A stretch of DNA of 60,160 nt, the filler included, from Dimargaris cristalligena (lineage: Eukaryota), in assembly GCA_003614675.1 (NCBI GenBank). It is 3 parts of 3 records of this genome, joined end to end, with 100 filler letters (N's around TTAATTAATTAA, not from the genome) between each part and the next. Parts side by side here need not be neighbours in the genome. Positions count along the whole stretch, not along the records: positions 20,151 to 40,107 come from ML002711.1; positions 40,208 to 60,160 come from ML002712.1; 1 more part is not named here. One strand, written 5' to 3'. Below, in pieces: positions 35,280 to 49,204 of this stretch. Each line of letters begins with the position of its first letter. Position 1 is the first letter of the stretch. The notes under the pieces were generated by a model that was not told the DNA's origin, made no database searches, and worked only from the letters and a program-made list of their open reading frames with translations. The translations under genes and the position numbers were made by a program.

Positions 35280-36838
35280 AATGCCCAGGGGCCTTCTTGT
35301 CCTTCCCCCAAACCCACTGAAATCCCCTTAACATCCACCGGTTGTCCACAGAGCACCTCCCTAGCGACCAAGGCCTCTACCCTCCACATTGATGAAACAA
35401 AGACTGAACCAGCAGCGGCGGCCATCCCCCTACCCACGGTATGCTTAAATGTTAAGGCCTTTTGCCCTGCCCTGTCCTGTCCTGTCCTGCCCTGACCTTT
35501 GATTAGCCACGGGAGAGGAGGGCATTATTTAGGCGGGTCGCCTAATTCTGGGCTTTATTACCAAAATCAGGCGACCCATACTGGTTAAATGCACGCTACC
35601 CTCATAGCTTTCCTACCCGTTTCCACATATGCATCATACACACCCACCCATCACTAATTACCCCAACGCCCCTGTGTATATGCATTGTCCCTCCTCCCCT
35701 CTCTCCCATCTGTAGGGTTTCGGTTCCAGTAAAATGAGCGCGTCCCCGTTCGCCGCGCTGGCCAGCCCGGGCAGCACTCCTGCATTCGGCAGTGCCGCGC
35801 CCCAGGCTACCTTCGGCTCGGCCTTTTCGGGCTCCACTTTTGCGTCATTCGCGACCCTCGCCAGCACTTCCTCCAGCGGCCCGAGCATTTTCGCGACCGC
35901 CCCCTCCATGTTCGGTAACCCGGACCGGAAAACCCTGGGCAAGGCCGCGGGGGCCACTAAGGCACGGCCCGAGGCGGATGACAGTGACCACACTGACGAG
36001 GAAGGTTCCGATGCGGACTCGGGGGCGGAAGGGAGCCCCAGTGACGGCAGTGACGACGAAAGCGGAGGGTTGTCCCTCGGAAAAGACACCACCGCGGGAC
36101 TCAAAGACCCGCGATTCACCCCGGTCGAGGTGGCCACCGGGGAGGAAGATGAAACCACCCTGTGCTCGGCCAAATGCAAACTGTACGCGATGGACGATGG
36201 CATGACCTGGCGGGAGCGGGGCACGGGCACTGTCAAAGTCAACCAGCGGAACGACGATCCCAAGTCGGTCCGGCTGGTCATGCGGACGGACGTGGTGTTC
36301 AAGGTGGTACTCAATGTGAAGGTGACCTCCCACATGTCCTGTGAACTGGCCCAGGACCGGTTCCTACGGATGTCGACGGTGGATCCTACGAGTGGGGTGC
36401 AAAACTATGCCCTGAGGGTAAGCAGAATTTGGGAGAAGTTCATTCAGGCTGTATAGTGAAGAATCCATTGGATGAGGCCAATATTACTGGTTAAAAGCCA
36501 CTCTCATATTTATTCACCCATACATGTATTATGTAAAACCTTAAACAGCTGGCTTGAATTTCACCCATTTGGTTGGTTGGTTATATCCCTCCGGGGTTGA
36601 TATCTATATATCTGGAATGAGGTGTCGTCAGCCCACTGTAACCAAATATAATGGATGTGATCAGACGTCCTCTCATCTTGCCCAGCCATGTTTTGATCAC
36701 CTTCTAACCTATTCCACAATGTATTTTAATATGGGTACCATTCCACCGTATTCACCGATCATTTATTTATAGGTCCTTTCCAAACCCTTGGCCCAAGACA
36801 TGTTCGACACGATCACCAAGGCCATCGCCTCTTCGTGA
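34502..36838 (+). CDS. Ran-binding domain protein, RanBP3/Yrb2-like (4 exons: 34502-35068, ~35289-35438, ~35717-36417, 36773-36838)
   Basis: NLS-like LKRRR and PSKKVK, FG/FS-rich segment, and RanBD motifs TGEEDE..KCKLY..WRERGTG..RLVMR..VVLN. GT-AG introns separate the exons. Confidence 0.85.
35236..35275. repeat. (CT)n microsatellite in intron polypyrimidine tract
   Basis: About 20 CT units just before an AG acceptor. Confidence 0.9.
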
Positions 36839-38039
36839 GGAATATGGAGCAGCTATTATTATCGACTATAACCCTTCCCTTCCCATTTTATTCGTCGTGC
36901 TCATATTTGTTTGTGTGTACTAAAATCGGTATTAATTTTAATTATCGTTCCTCCCGTCTCCCTTTTTTTTTGTAAAGACAACCTCTTCTACTCTATGCCA
37001 TGTCGTCTTCCCAACCGCCGGCCACTGTGTCCCTACTCCACTTCCACTGCCTTGAGCGCATTATATCCACCATTCTATTACTATTTCGTTTATTTCTGAC
37101 CCGACTAGCATCATCATCACCATCAATCACTATCATTTACCAATAGTTTGTGCTCTTCCCACTTTTAATCTACGGACTTTTCGGCGATATATTTATTGAT
37201 AAACTTTGCAAGAGCTGAGATTGGTTGGTAACCACAGACACCCCAGGCTGCTAGAGTGTGCTCCACTTTGGGGACTCCATAGGAATGCGGCATGTGTAGT
37301 ATTAGCTTGGGGCAATTCGGTGAATGGGATAGGACGGGTTAGGCTATATAATAATTAGGGCGTGCCACATTACATACCAGCAAGGGCTCCTTTTTCTTAG
37401 TAAAAATGCCCGCCCCTCTCTGGCTGATACGCACGTTCATGCTTTAACAGTTGCGCTGAAAGAGAGAGGGTTGGACGGGGGGCAACGTGACTGGGAAGAT
37501 GATTAGCTGGGAGAAGGGGAGAGGTAATCTATGGACCAGAGCCTGGATAGTGTGTGACTGGCAACGACTCCCCTTGCCACTTGGCTGCATTATCTCTGGT
37601 TGGTTAATTGGACCATTATTTCCCAAAGAAGGGAAGTCCCAAGATAACCACTATAACCTGAGCAAGTAACAGAAGAACTCAGAGTCCTCTTTACCCTACC
37701 GCCTTACATGTACCGCCGTCCCCTTCTACTCTCTTCGCCACCTTTCTCTTCCTGTCCAACTCCATTCTCCTCCGTTTCCTTTATATCCCCCGTCAGGTTA
37801 CCAAAAGCAACCTCCCACTTCGGCCTTCTACATTTAGACGCACCGCCCATCCCTCTCCTCACCTTCTCCAGCGACCCTCTTGGTCCACTATTATTACCCC
37901 TCTCCCGGTTATAACCCCGTACCCTTTCTCCCTCTAGTCCAGGCGCTTTCCGTTCACGGGGGAAAACCACTGTCACTCCACTCCACTCCACTGCTGCTCC
38001 GCTCCACTCCTCCCCCCACCGTTCAACTCACTCACCCCC

Positions 38040-40107
38040 ATGCAACGTTACCTGCTCAAGAGGGCGATTGACGCCCACCCCAAGCGCCCCGCTCGTCTGG
38101 CCCCGCTACTCCTTTCGGTAAGTGGGCCACCTCCTTTTACTCGCCCCCCCAACGGTAACTCGGCTTAATATAGCCGAACCGTCTATCTTACTCATATATC
38201 GGAGTCCTATATCTTCTCATTATGCATTAATGAATCCAATACATATACTCAACCTTACTTATATATATAATCATACCATACGATCACTATATGCCCACTA
38301 CTAGTCGCCTTGCCGCTACAGCTCCACGTCTAAGGAACTCCCATTGGCCTCCGAGTGGGAAGCCATGGCCCAGAAGGAGATCAAAGGCAAGGACCCCGCC
38401 GACACCCTGACCTGGCGAACCGCTGAGGTAGGTTTTTATTTCCGTATGCAATACATGCCCATACACTTGGTCGTCGATAACGCTCTCAGACGTATGCCGC
38501 CTTTGATGAGAATTACTAATATCCCTCCTAGTCAAGGCTATAGACCGACAAATACAATCTCACTCTAAATACTCTACCACGGCTATTTCCCCGCTAATCA
38601 AACATTATTGTATGCTCTATGCACAATCCTCCTCTTCTTTCGCCCACCTAAATTGTGCATCCTGTCCTGCGGACTTTCGTGTAGGGAATCAATGTCAAAC
38701 CCGTCTATTCCAAGCGCGATACCGCCCAGATTGAGGAAGAGTTTCCCGGCAAGTTTCCGTTCACCCGGGGTCCGTACGCTACCATGTACACCGCTCGCCC
38801 CTGGACTATTCGACAGGTAAGGGCTAGCTAAATTACTTACTGAAACTAAACTGAACCAACGGAGTCGTAAGAACTCAGTCGTAGTGGCATACACCCCACC
38901 CGATACTGCATGACCTTCCCATTTTTTTTAAAAGAAAAAACCCCCCCTGATGTACCTACTATTATTGTCACCCGTATCTATGAAACCTCCCGAATCCCCA
39001 GTACGCCGGGTTCAGTACGGTGGAGGAAAGCAATCGCTTTTACCGCAAGAATTTGGCCGCCGGACAACAGGGCTTGAGCGTGGCCTTTGATCTGGCCACG
39101 CACCGTGGTTATGACTCCGACCATCCACGCGTGGTGGGTGACGTGGGTATGGCTGGTGTGGCCATTGACAGTGTCGAAGACATGAAGATTCTTTTCGACG
39201 GCATCCCCCTCAAGAAAATGTCCGTCTCCATGACCATGAACGGTGCAGTACTCCCCGTCCTGGCCAACTACATCGTCGCCGGCGAGGAACAAGGCGCTAA
39301 ACTCGAGGAGCTGTCGGGTACCATCCAGAATGACATTCTCAAGGAATTTATGGTGCGTAACACCTTCATCTACCCGCCTAAACACTCCATGAAAATCATC
39401 GGTGATATCTTCTCCTTCACGGCCTCCCACATGCCCAAATACAACTCCATTTCGATCTCGGGCTATCACATGCAGGAAGCCGGCGCCGATAACGTGCTCG
39501 AAATGGCCTTCACACTGGCCGACGGTTTGGAGTATATCCGAACAGGCATCCGGGCGGGTATGACCGTGGACCAATTCGCCCCCCGACTCTCGTTCTTCTG
39601 GGCCATTGGTATGAATTTCTACATGGAAATTGCCAAGATGCGGGCCGCCCGCCGGCTCTGGGCCCATCTGGTCAAGGAGAAATTCCAGCCCAAGAACACC
39701 AAGTCCTTGCTGCTGCGCACCCACTGTCAAACGTCCGGCTGGTCACTCACCGAACAGGACCCCTACAACAACGTGATCCGTACTACCATTGAGGCCATGG
39801 CTGCCACCCTGGGCGGTACCCAGTCCTTGCACACCAACGCATTCGACGAGGCCATTGGTCTGCCTACTGAATTCAGCGCCCGTATTGCCCGCAACACTCA
39901 GCTTATCCTTCAGGAAGAGGCAATGATTCCCAAAGTGGCTGACCCGTGGGGCGGTTCCTATATGATGGAGTCGCTCACCAACCAAATGTACGACGCTGCA
40001 CGGGCCCTAGTGGAGGAAGTCGAGTCGATGGGTGGTATGGCCAAGGCGGTGGACTCGGGAATGCCCAAACTCAAGATTGAGAGAGTCTCATCCACCTTGC
40101 AAATCGG
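38040..40107 (+). CDS. MMUT: Mitochondrial methylmalonyl-CoA mutase (adenosylcobalamin-dependent), 3'-truncated by contig end
   Basis: Spliced exons give a presequence MQRYLLKRA.., then [47 protein letters not shown]. Further motifs: [46 protein letters not shown] and [14 protein letters not shown]. Confidence 0.97.
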
Positions 40108-40207
40108 NNNNNNNNNNNNNNNNNNNNNNNNNNNNNNNNNNNNNNNNNNNNTTAATTAATTAANNNNNNNNNNNNNNNNNNNNNNNNNNNNNNNNNNNNN
40201 NNNNNNN
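40108..40207. other. Artificial contig linker (N44-TTAATTAATTAA-N44)
   Basis: Same structure as 20051-20150. Confidence 0.99.
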
Positions 40208-41422
40208 GACGCTGCGGTTGGCGTCGGACTGACCCACGGTTTTCGCGAGTTGCGTGCACCAGTAGATGAGTTCCCGGTGCTGGGTAAGGGTTTTAACCAA
40301 ATCAAAATGATCGTAGTCGAAGAGTTCCATCAGTTGGTTTTCGCACTCACGGGCACTCAGGTTTTCGTTACTCAATAATTCAAAACACTGGGTGGTTTTC
40401 TCTTGCGTCTCGTGGGGGTCCGGATAATGGGAAGCGATTTGACGTTGGAGCCAAAAGGCATCAATGTCTCTGGGGGAGAGATTCGATTCCGAGCCACGGG
40501 GGCCACTCCGGCGGCCCCGGAGTCCTACTGTGATATGCTCGGGTTCCTCGGCGTCTGACATATCGTCTGGGCTGGATCCGTCCTCGCGGTTTTGACGATG
40601 GGAACCCTTTTCGAAATCGCGATCAAGATTATCTACCCGTACGGGTGCGTCCTCCCCATTCTCTTCCTCGCTGGCGTTAGCTCCCATGTCCTCATCCTCC
40701 TCGTCCTCGTCCTCTTCGTCTTCCTCTTCACCCTCGTTATCTTGATCAAAAACCACCGATACGCCAAGCTCCTCGCCCGGGGCCCCAGTTCCAGCGGATG
40801 CACCCGACCGATCCTTGTCCGCCGCTGCTGAGGCAGTACTTTCGTCGTAATCGGTAATCCGCTTACCCAACTGGACGAGCTGGGTGAAACTATCGAGCGT
40901 CAATTTAGCGTCCAGGATTCCTTCAATTTGCTTCTTACGTTCGGGATCCCGCAGGTGTTCGTCCTTGAGAATCTCCAAGGCGGCGTCGGCCGCGGATCGG
41001 ATCGTGTCCTGCGGTTGGTCGCCCAGATAGGGATGCACGAACGCCAAGATCATTTCCAAGACCCGGAGGGTATCTTGGGTCTGGGGCCGGTAGGTCAGGC
41101 CCTCCATATCACGGGCCACAGATAAAACGGTGGCATGGTGGTCCGCACGCGTCCGGTTTGCCTTACTACCACTAGGGGCGGCAGTCCCTTGGCTCGATTT
41201 GGACTTGGACTTGGTCTTGGCTGGTTTGGTCTTTGGCACGGGCGCGGCCTCCCGAGCCGCCTTGCTACCCATGTCCTTTAGGTCGATGCGGCCCCATAGC
41301 GTTTCGGGCTCTCCGGTGGCTTCCTTGTCCCGACGGGCCAGGCCAGACCGATCGGCCTGGAGCACCAGATTGGAATTGGCCGCGTACTGGTACTGGCTGT
41401 TCTTGGCGTATTCATCAGCCAT
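40208..41422 (-). CDS. BRR2: U5 snRNP helicase Brr2/SNRNP200, N-terminal part (plug and PWI regions), truncated by contig end
   Basis: MADEYAKNSQYQYAANSNLVLQADRS..EATGEPETLWGRI..MG, YRPQTQDT, LGDQPQD..SAAD, LGKRITDY, GVSVVFD, IDAFWLQRQI and ECENQLMELFDY. Confidence 0.95.
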
Positions 41423-43429
41423 GGTGAAGTGAAAATGGCAGTCGGAGGCGCCGAAGACCACACAATGTGAGTTGAGCGATACTAGATGGCCAACGGAGTA
41501 AATGGGATACTGGCTTAGGTTTGGGGAAGAGTTTTTAATGAAGAATGGTGCCTCGATCCAAGTACAGAATGTATCAAATAATAGAAAATAGACGATAGCT
41601 CAATGGTAATAATCAACTATAAAAGAAAAAGACCCATGGCAATAGGAATTCTGACTAGAGTTAACTTTGCGGATGCGCGGCAAACGGGAATATACTATAG
41701 TGTAAGCGTAGGCCAGTGTATAGCCCCCGCCGCCACGCGCTGTGAAAGATCCATAACAACACCTTTGGCAAAAGTCATCGCGAGCAAGACCCACCATTCT
41801 TTAGCACATTGGTTTTACGCATTCTTGGCTAAAGTCAGCCTAGGCGGACATGTAATACTGGTACTTTGCGGTGCTTTTCAATCGGCTATTCCCAGAGGCG
41901 AACGGTATTATGTTTGCCCAAGGTACTCCGCATTCGTACTATGGGTGCTATAGGGTACCTTGAACTACTCCGACAGAGTAACAGGCCACAGCCTATCAAT
42001 ATCCATACAATATCATTAATTACGCCTCCAGTGTACCCCTCCGATAGACGATGATATTATGCCATCGAAGTATTTACTATGGCATATCCGTTTAAGAAGT
42101 GAAACACCAGCCAGACGGGGTAGAAAATTAGCAGACAAGGTTTGTCAACCGAACCACATTAAATGCATTATAGCAGCCCCTTTGCAGCTCTATCTATACC
42201 GCTCAGACCAACTATGTGTATGTATATTTTTATGGTTATTAGCCAGCTTGACAAGTATCCTATTTTAAATGCCTACCCTATTGCTAAGTAAGGAAACAAT
42301 GGCGTGATAAATGTGCTCTATGTGGACGAGATACTTCTCAAGTGAATGGCAATGTTTCCAGAAGCTAGCATTACAATATATATATGGAGGTGATTCAATT
42401 TGGCTGTTTAACAACAAGTCCGTTTAATGGGACCGGTATTACGGGCGAAATTCGGCCCAGCCGTATAGCGTTTTAAATGATATGGGTTTGGGAAACCAGG
42501 TGGGAGTTTCATATTCAACCAGTAATATACACCTCATCCTACGGATGGTTTGTTTTATGCAGCCTAGTTAAACCTCCCCCACATTAGTAAGGTGATGTTT
42601 TTTCTTGAGTTCACTGTAAAGCCTGGATTCTAAAATAATAACCACATTTAAATTACACTAAGGTAGCGGTATTTAGCTAGGCCTTATCTCTTCCTTTGAT
42701 CAATTTCATATAGTGGTCCCCATATTTTTGGTCTCTTAATTAATTTCACAGTGTTCATTTTTAGCTAACGGTCCAAAAATATTTAAAATAGTAAGTAGTA
42801 TAAACTTAGGGGATACGGGTGGATCGGGGGCTTTGTCTACCCCGTAGGCCTAGTAGCCAAACCGCACGGCCTCCAGCAAACCAGCCCTAGTCGTAATATG
42901 ACCGCCATCATACATTCTATTATAAAACTTTTACCAAGAACCCCGTCGTGCGGACTACTAGCATTCGCTATTAACAACACTTCTGATATTCGAGGCAGTT
43001 CATCAATATTTTTTTACAATTTTTAAGGTGGCCAGTACTAAAGCCAAGGGTTCATTCTGTATATTAAAACGAGTGGAAAATGGTACGGGTCAAGAGCATC
43101 AATACCTGACAAAATAAAATAAAAAAGCGGCGAAGGCGGCTTAGGACTTGCTTATCAGTAATACAAGAAATAGGAAGGTGTATATCTATGAGTGATTGTA
43201 ATTTAAAAAATAATACCACAGTTATCGGGGAAACGCTGCTAGTCCCAATATACTATACTGTTAGCTTAGTGTATGTATAAAAAGTACGAGTATAACCAAA
43301 ATAGTCAACACACAAAGGTGTAGGAACTGGTCAATGTCTAAGCACTCGCATTGGTATTGGTATTGGTATTGATATTCTACTGTACTACAAAGCCGAGCAA
43401 CACACGGGAATTGCTCCGAAGGGGATTGC

Positions 43430-45161
43430 TTAAACCGGAGAGGTGCTAACCCCAGTACCGCCGATGGCCGAGCTGGTGACGCGCTCCTGGTGTTTAATGG
43501 CCGCAATCATGTAGAAGAAGGCCGAGAAGGTCAAGAAGATAGCACCCAACACCAGTACGCCACCGTTATTGGACAATGACGCCCACATAACCGCGGCAAA
43601 TCTAGATTTTGGGTCATTATTAGGTTACGTTGGATAAAAAAGAGCATTTTTTTAAAAAAAAACAACAACAAAAGTGCGTTAATAGGGTAGTTTAGGAAAA
43701 TCGGCATTAGGGCGGCCAAAAGTGTAAATTGAAAGCGACGTTTAGTCAATCGGTTTCAAGAAAATTTAATCTACTGAGTGTCGCTACTTACGCTAGATAA
43801 AGGCCAAAACGAAACCAGGAGTTATCAAAGATCTTGATAAAGTTGTCGCTGTTTGCGTAGGATACGAGTGGTATGTATATTGGTATAAAGGGTTAGATAA
43901 GAGGTATAATCCATAATAGCATTAAATCTATGGCGAGGCGGAGGGTACATCGTCGTATAGAATCAGTCTAAAACTGGTGTATTAAAGTGGACAAGCAGGT
44001 GACAATATATTTTAATAACATGCCTAAATGTGGTAAAACTTACAATTTAGGACTGGTCGGGCAGATCTTTAGGACAATAGGTTTGCCCCGCAGGGGTGAT
44101 GGACAATTGATTCCATTATAAGATGTGATAATTGGTATTAGTAAATATTCGTGGTGACAATGATAACAGAGAGAGTTCCGGGGAGTTCATATTCCTGTTT
44201 TATCACGTGAAAAAAAGGGAGGGTGCATTGTAGTGTGTACCGAGGGTTCGCCTACCTTCATACATAATGGAAGCTCCAACGGGATGATAAGCACGCCAAT
44301 GACACTATGAGATGGTATTAAGAGAGGGGATGGGGTATAGCAATAATACACGTTGACATTGTTAGGGTTAGGAGGAGTGCCAAGAAAAAGGGGGCCTGTC
44401 ACGGGCAACATTTACATCGGCGGATCCACAGGATACATAATCAAGGCGCGGTGACAAGGAGTATATAGACAGGTACTTACATGGAGAGGATGGAGAAAAT
44501 AACGTGCTGTATAATTGTGACTCCGCCAAGAACAATGAGCACTTTAAGAGACGTGCGAGAAATTAGAGAGGGGGATACGCGAGTATATTAGGATAGGCTA
44601 GGTAGACTGAGGTAGTGGGAGTTTAACTGACTGGGCAGGGGATTCCCCCCTACAGTCCCCTTTTCCCGAGGAATGAGCTTTTTGGGGGATGGCATGACCC
44701 AACCCAGATAAATAATTGGCCACCACGTGGACTAAACTAGGAAACTTACGGATCATTGCAATTAGAGCCGACCTATAAGTAAAGAGAAGGACACAACAAG
44801 GAACAGCGAAAATAGTGGATCGTGTTTAGTTAATGCCCGGGTGAGAGATACGGGGCGTAGTGCACCGATGACATCACTAGAGTATCAGGTAAATAACCGG
44901 GCTGTTTGGACCAACTCCTGGGCGGAGCTGAGTCGGGCCGCCCCTGACTTTAACTAGTTTAGCCGGGCTGACGAAAGGAAGGTTCTCGTAAGGAATGCCG
45001 GTGAGGACAGCCCAGACCCCCACCCGACTAGCCCGGTTGTCACAGGCGACGGGGAGAATGAGCTTCGGGATTCGATTACCTGTGAGGGTGAAATAGAAGC
45101 TAGCTTACCATTGGGCATATACGGTGCATTTACCGGACATAAATTCTTGTTTGAGACCCAT
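43430..45161 (-). CDS. TVP18: Golgi membrane protein Tvp18, many short exons (not captured by the ORF track)
   Basis: Exon pieces: MGLKQEFMSGKCTVYAQW; LIVLGGVTIIQHVIFSILS; LKICPTSPK; DNFIKIFDNSWFRFGLYL; FAAVMWASL..FYMIAAIKHQERVTSSAIGGTGVSTSPV. These match Tvp18 hallmarks (LKICP.S, KHQE, GG.GV). Internal exon edges are not all resolved. Confidence 0.85.
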
Positions 45162-46428
45162 CGTGGAGGAATGGAGGACGGGTCTTGGCGGTGAACAAGG
45201 AGATATAGCGGGAAAGTGCTCGGGAAGGGGTTGGCGTAAAAAGAGGGCGTGGAGCGGAAATGATATGAGGAGAGCCGGGCGGAGTGAGGTGGGTATCAAT
45301 AATATAGAGACACGGAAGGGGGAGTGTTCAGGGTAGCGGGCAATCGACTGAAAAAAACCCCATGTAATGCCAAAGCAGAGTGGATAGTGGTAGTGAAAAG
45401 TCTCGGCACTCCGGGGCAATGAGTACAGGTCGGATGCACGACGGGAGTGAATGCGCAGACGAAAGAGAGAGAGATATATATATAAGAGAAGTCTTAGGGA
45501 GAAGAACTAGGCCGTCTCGACCAGCATCGGGGCCGGGTGATTTATATATATTGAAGGGGGCCCATGGACTGAATCGAGCCACAATAATGCTGGGCCTAAC
45601 GGGGAGGGCTACGCTGTATGCGCCTCAGGAGTCTCGGCATGCAGGGTTGTGGCATGGATAACCCAGAGCGACACTGGCCTAATGAGGGGGGTGAGGCTTG
45701 ACTCCGAGGCCCAGTAGTTAAGCTGGCCCACAGTGGCACAGTCGTTGCCTTGTGCGACCGACGTGACGGGACAATTGGGCTTGGCCAAAGGCTTCCGCTA
45801 GGAATAATTCGCGGCGGAATAGCCAAATCCGCTCCGACGGTAGGTGAGTGGGACCCTGGGCTTAGGCTGCGCGCGGGAAGGTTGCCCAGTGGAGGGGAAG
45901 CTAAGCTGGTCTCGGGGCTTGGTGCGCCCATTCCTCTGTGGGGTGGTGGAGCAGCTTGTCGCCTAGGCTGTGTTCGAGAGAGACAGAGAGAGGGGGGGGG
46001 AAGTACAGAGCCTTCCACGAAGAACCAGCGAGCCAACCCATTCGTCGCTATTCGGAATTCCAAAAAGAGGGGAGGGGGACCAATGGGACCAGCGGGCAGC
46101 ACGTGGAGAGGGGCGAAATGAACGAACGACCTATGTTGTTCCCCCCATTTCTCTCTCGCCTGAATGCCGCCACTAACCAGCCGTTCGTTGTGGTCCACTG
46201 GCCTCGTTGGAACTGCCTGAAGTGAAAGTGACCCAGGGCTGGGACAGGCCGGATAATTGCATTTGGAAGAGAAGGCCTAGAGAGTCTCCGCCCAGTTCCT
46301 TCGACCTTTCCGGCCATTGCACTTCTTCTTCATCCTAAGCATAGGAGGGGGTTTCACATTGCCTCCCTGTTTAAGTTTATTTTGGTTTAGTATTAGTATT
46401 AGTATTAGTATTAGAATCCATTAGCAAG

Positions 46429-47723
46429 ATGCCGCCATCGCCACCGTCCGACTTGGGCCGTGGGGTTGTGCTCCAAATCCTGGCGTGCATCGGCGGCTGG
46501 TACCTGTTTTCGTCCCTCTTGAGCATCTCCAACAAGCGTCTCTTTGGCCAGGCCGGACTCCACTTCGACTTCCCGCTGCTCGTCACCGCCACGCATTCGG
46601 GCATCCAATGGCTGGTGTCCGCCTTCTTAGTCCGGGTGGCGGGCCGCCTATGGCTGTCGCCGGCCCAGCGGACCCACCTCCAGCGGACTATCACCTGGCG
46701 GGAGTGGCTGCTCAATATTGCTCCCTGCGGCTTTACGTCCAGCCTGGAGATCGCCATGGCCAATGCCGCCCTCATGTTCATCACCCTCAGCTTCTACACC
46801 ATGGTCAAGTCCTCGACTCCCATCTGGGTGCTCACTTTTGCCTTTCTGCTCCAACTGGAACGCATGACCGTCCCGCTCATACTTCAGATTGCGCTCATTT
46901 GTTTCGGGGTGGCCCTTACCGTGGTTGGCGAAACGCAATTCCACCTGGTCGGATTTCTGCTGGTGTTGGGGGCCTCCGTCGCCAGTGGCTTCCGGTGGTC
47001 CATCACCCAGATTTTGCTTAAGAAGGCTTCGCTGGGCCTCGACCACCCCATTCTAACCATGTACCGATTGGCCCCCGTGATGTTTATTACCATGTGTGTC
47101 TTTAGTACCGTGATCGAAAACCCCATCGGTCGCCTTCTGCTAGCACCTCCTACCACCACGGGCGAGTGGTCGGACGGGGAGCCAATAATACCCGCCGCAG
47201 ACGACGTGGGACGTACCACCGGTATCGTTGTTTACACCATAGTCGGCGGATTCCTGGCCTTGGCAATGATTATTTGCGAATTCCGCCTGATCCAGCTTAC
47301 CTCAACTGTCACCCTTTCCGTCTGTGGCATCGCGAAAGAGATCTTGATGATTGCCCTCTCGATGCTGGTTTTTGGGGACAAAATGACCCCACTCAACACG
47401 CTCGGGTAAGACGTATTTCCTATTATTTTTATAGGCCCATCCCATGCCTTCCCCTTTGCCCAAGCATGGCGGGGTTTACCCGACTAAACTGTCCCCTGAT
47501 TCCTGGCTAATCCCTTCGCTTCTTCCAAATATCCACCACTTCCACTGCATTCCTTTATCACGTACCTAGGTTGGTCATTTCCATTATTGGCATACTGTAT
47601 TATAATCTAGACCGGTGGCGCAGCCGCACCAACCCACCCCCCGAATCCGACTATTCTATTTTACCCCCCACGGAGCCGCCATCCCACCCGCTTACGGCCA
47701 TCCCCTCCCGGCCCAGTCAGTAG
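46429..47723 (+). CDS. Triose-phosphate-transporter family nucleotide-sugar transporter (SLC35C2-like); exons 46429-47405, 47570-47723
   Basis: WYLFSSLLSISNK, FDFPLLVT..H..IQ, ITLSFYTMVKSSTPIWVL.FAF, SGFRWSITQILL, EFRLIQLTS.VTLSVCGIAKE, with multiple hydrophobic helices. Confidence 0.9.
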
Positions 47724-49204
47724 GCCCAATTAGAGAATCCTGCCCACCGTTTCAAATCAAGGTCGACAGCCATTGGCATCACTCTCGTGGTTCCCTTATT
47801 TATCGATTAGACTAGGTGGTCCTTCCATCGCGCACAGTCTGAGCGCGTAGTTCTTATGTAGGGCTCATGCCAATGTATAAAGCTGCCCACTAACGACTAC
47901 GCGATTATACCCGCCCTTTCCTGAGAGTGAGGCGAGCCACAGCTGAGTGTGAAATTTGGTAGAGAGGGATAACTGACCGCGTACAGTGGCCCAAACTTGT
48001 AAGCTGAGTAGGGCCTCAGGGTCACACAAGCTGCTTGAACCACTCGATTACAGTGGTGAATATACCGGTTGTGAGACGACCCTAGAGTAACACCACCACC
48101 ATTGTTCTTGGCCACGGAGGTAACCGTACTCGGAATTATTATGATTTACTTTAGCCTAGGACTAGCAGTAGGGGCCGGAGGGAGTGAGAAAAACAGGGCA
48201 TGTGTACAAGGATGGCGGGGGTATTGTATCCGCTCACGCACCCATGGGGTATACAAGCTGCCTTGATTTAGCCATCCGGGGAATTTAGTTTATCGATGGA
48301 AAGATGATATGAGTCTGGGTAAAACAGGCATTGGCCATGAGTCAGCCGTATATTAAGGTTAGGGTATATAATTAATTATCCGTGGGTAGTAAACAGTATA
48401 GCAGCTGCTGCACCATGTCCGCAATGCAGTGCCCGGTGGTTGCCTACATAGGCTGATGAAAAATAAGGCTAGCTAATTCTAAAAGCGCACTGGTCCGAGG
48501 TTCTCCTCCTCCGCGGCCACCAAAATAGCCTATCCTGCATGCATCAGTCGGCCTGCAGTAGGCCGCGTCAAAGCCGGGGCGTTTATTTAATGATGGATTG
48601 GCAGTCCAGGGAAATATAGCCAAAATCGATTGGGCTGATCTCTTTTCCTTCTCCTATCAAGTTGGGTTAGGTAGGAGGTTCACTGCTGAACTAGCCTCAC
48701 CAATAAATAACTCTCGAGTGGGGGGTTCCTGAACCCCCCCCAAATAGCTAGCTCAGATGTGTCGTCGCCTTGGCCCAGATGGTTATTGGCTGGTGATAGA
48801 ATAATAGGTGGAAAAAAATCCAGTAACTAGGGCGATTCGTACATAAACCATAAGCCCAAAATCATCTGCTATTTATTCTATTCCATTATATTTTCCCTTT
48901 CTGTCGGGTCGCCGCGTTTCCCACCTTCTCCCGCCTGTTTCGACCTGAACGAACCTCGTCTTAAACTTCCCCCTCCCTCACTCATTACTCTTGCTTTCTA
49001 TTTGCCTTGCGCTTTCTGCTTCTGTTTCTAGTCCATCTCATTGGGCCTTTTTTTCTATCATTCTTCTTGCCTCCGTCGTTTGGCCTGGCCCATCCCGAAC
49101 TCGACTCTTTTGTCTACTTCAGATTCACTGAACAAAACCCCTGACTCCCTCTTTATTCATACTATATTCCCTCCAACCCCGAGCTACCAGTCCCCTCTAA
49201 GAAG

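Noticed and set aside
38978-39730. Long antisense ORFs over MUT, and similarly over PhoD, the transporter and the RanBD gene
   Set aside because: Shadow ORFs caused by high GC3 codon bias on the coding strand.
39020-41461. MUT and BRR2 ORFs meeting tail to tail
   Set aside because: Both are cut by contig ends; the ORF track simply runs into the Ns.
48719-48741. Small GC hairpins (also ~18952-18976 and ~29803-29824)
   Set aside because: Isolated short stems with no shared sequence or supporting context.
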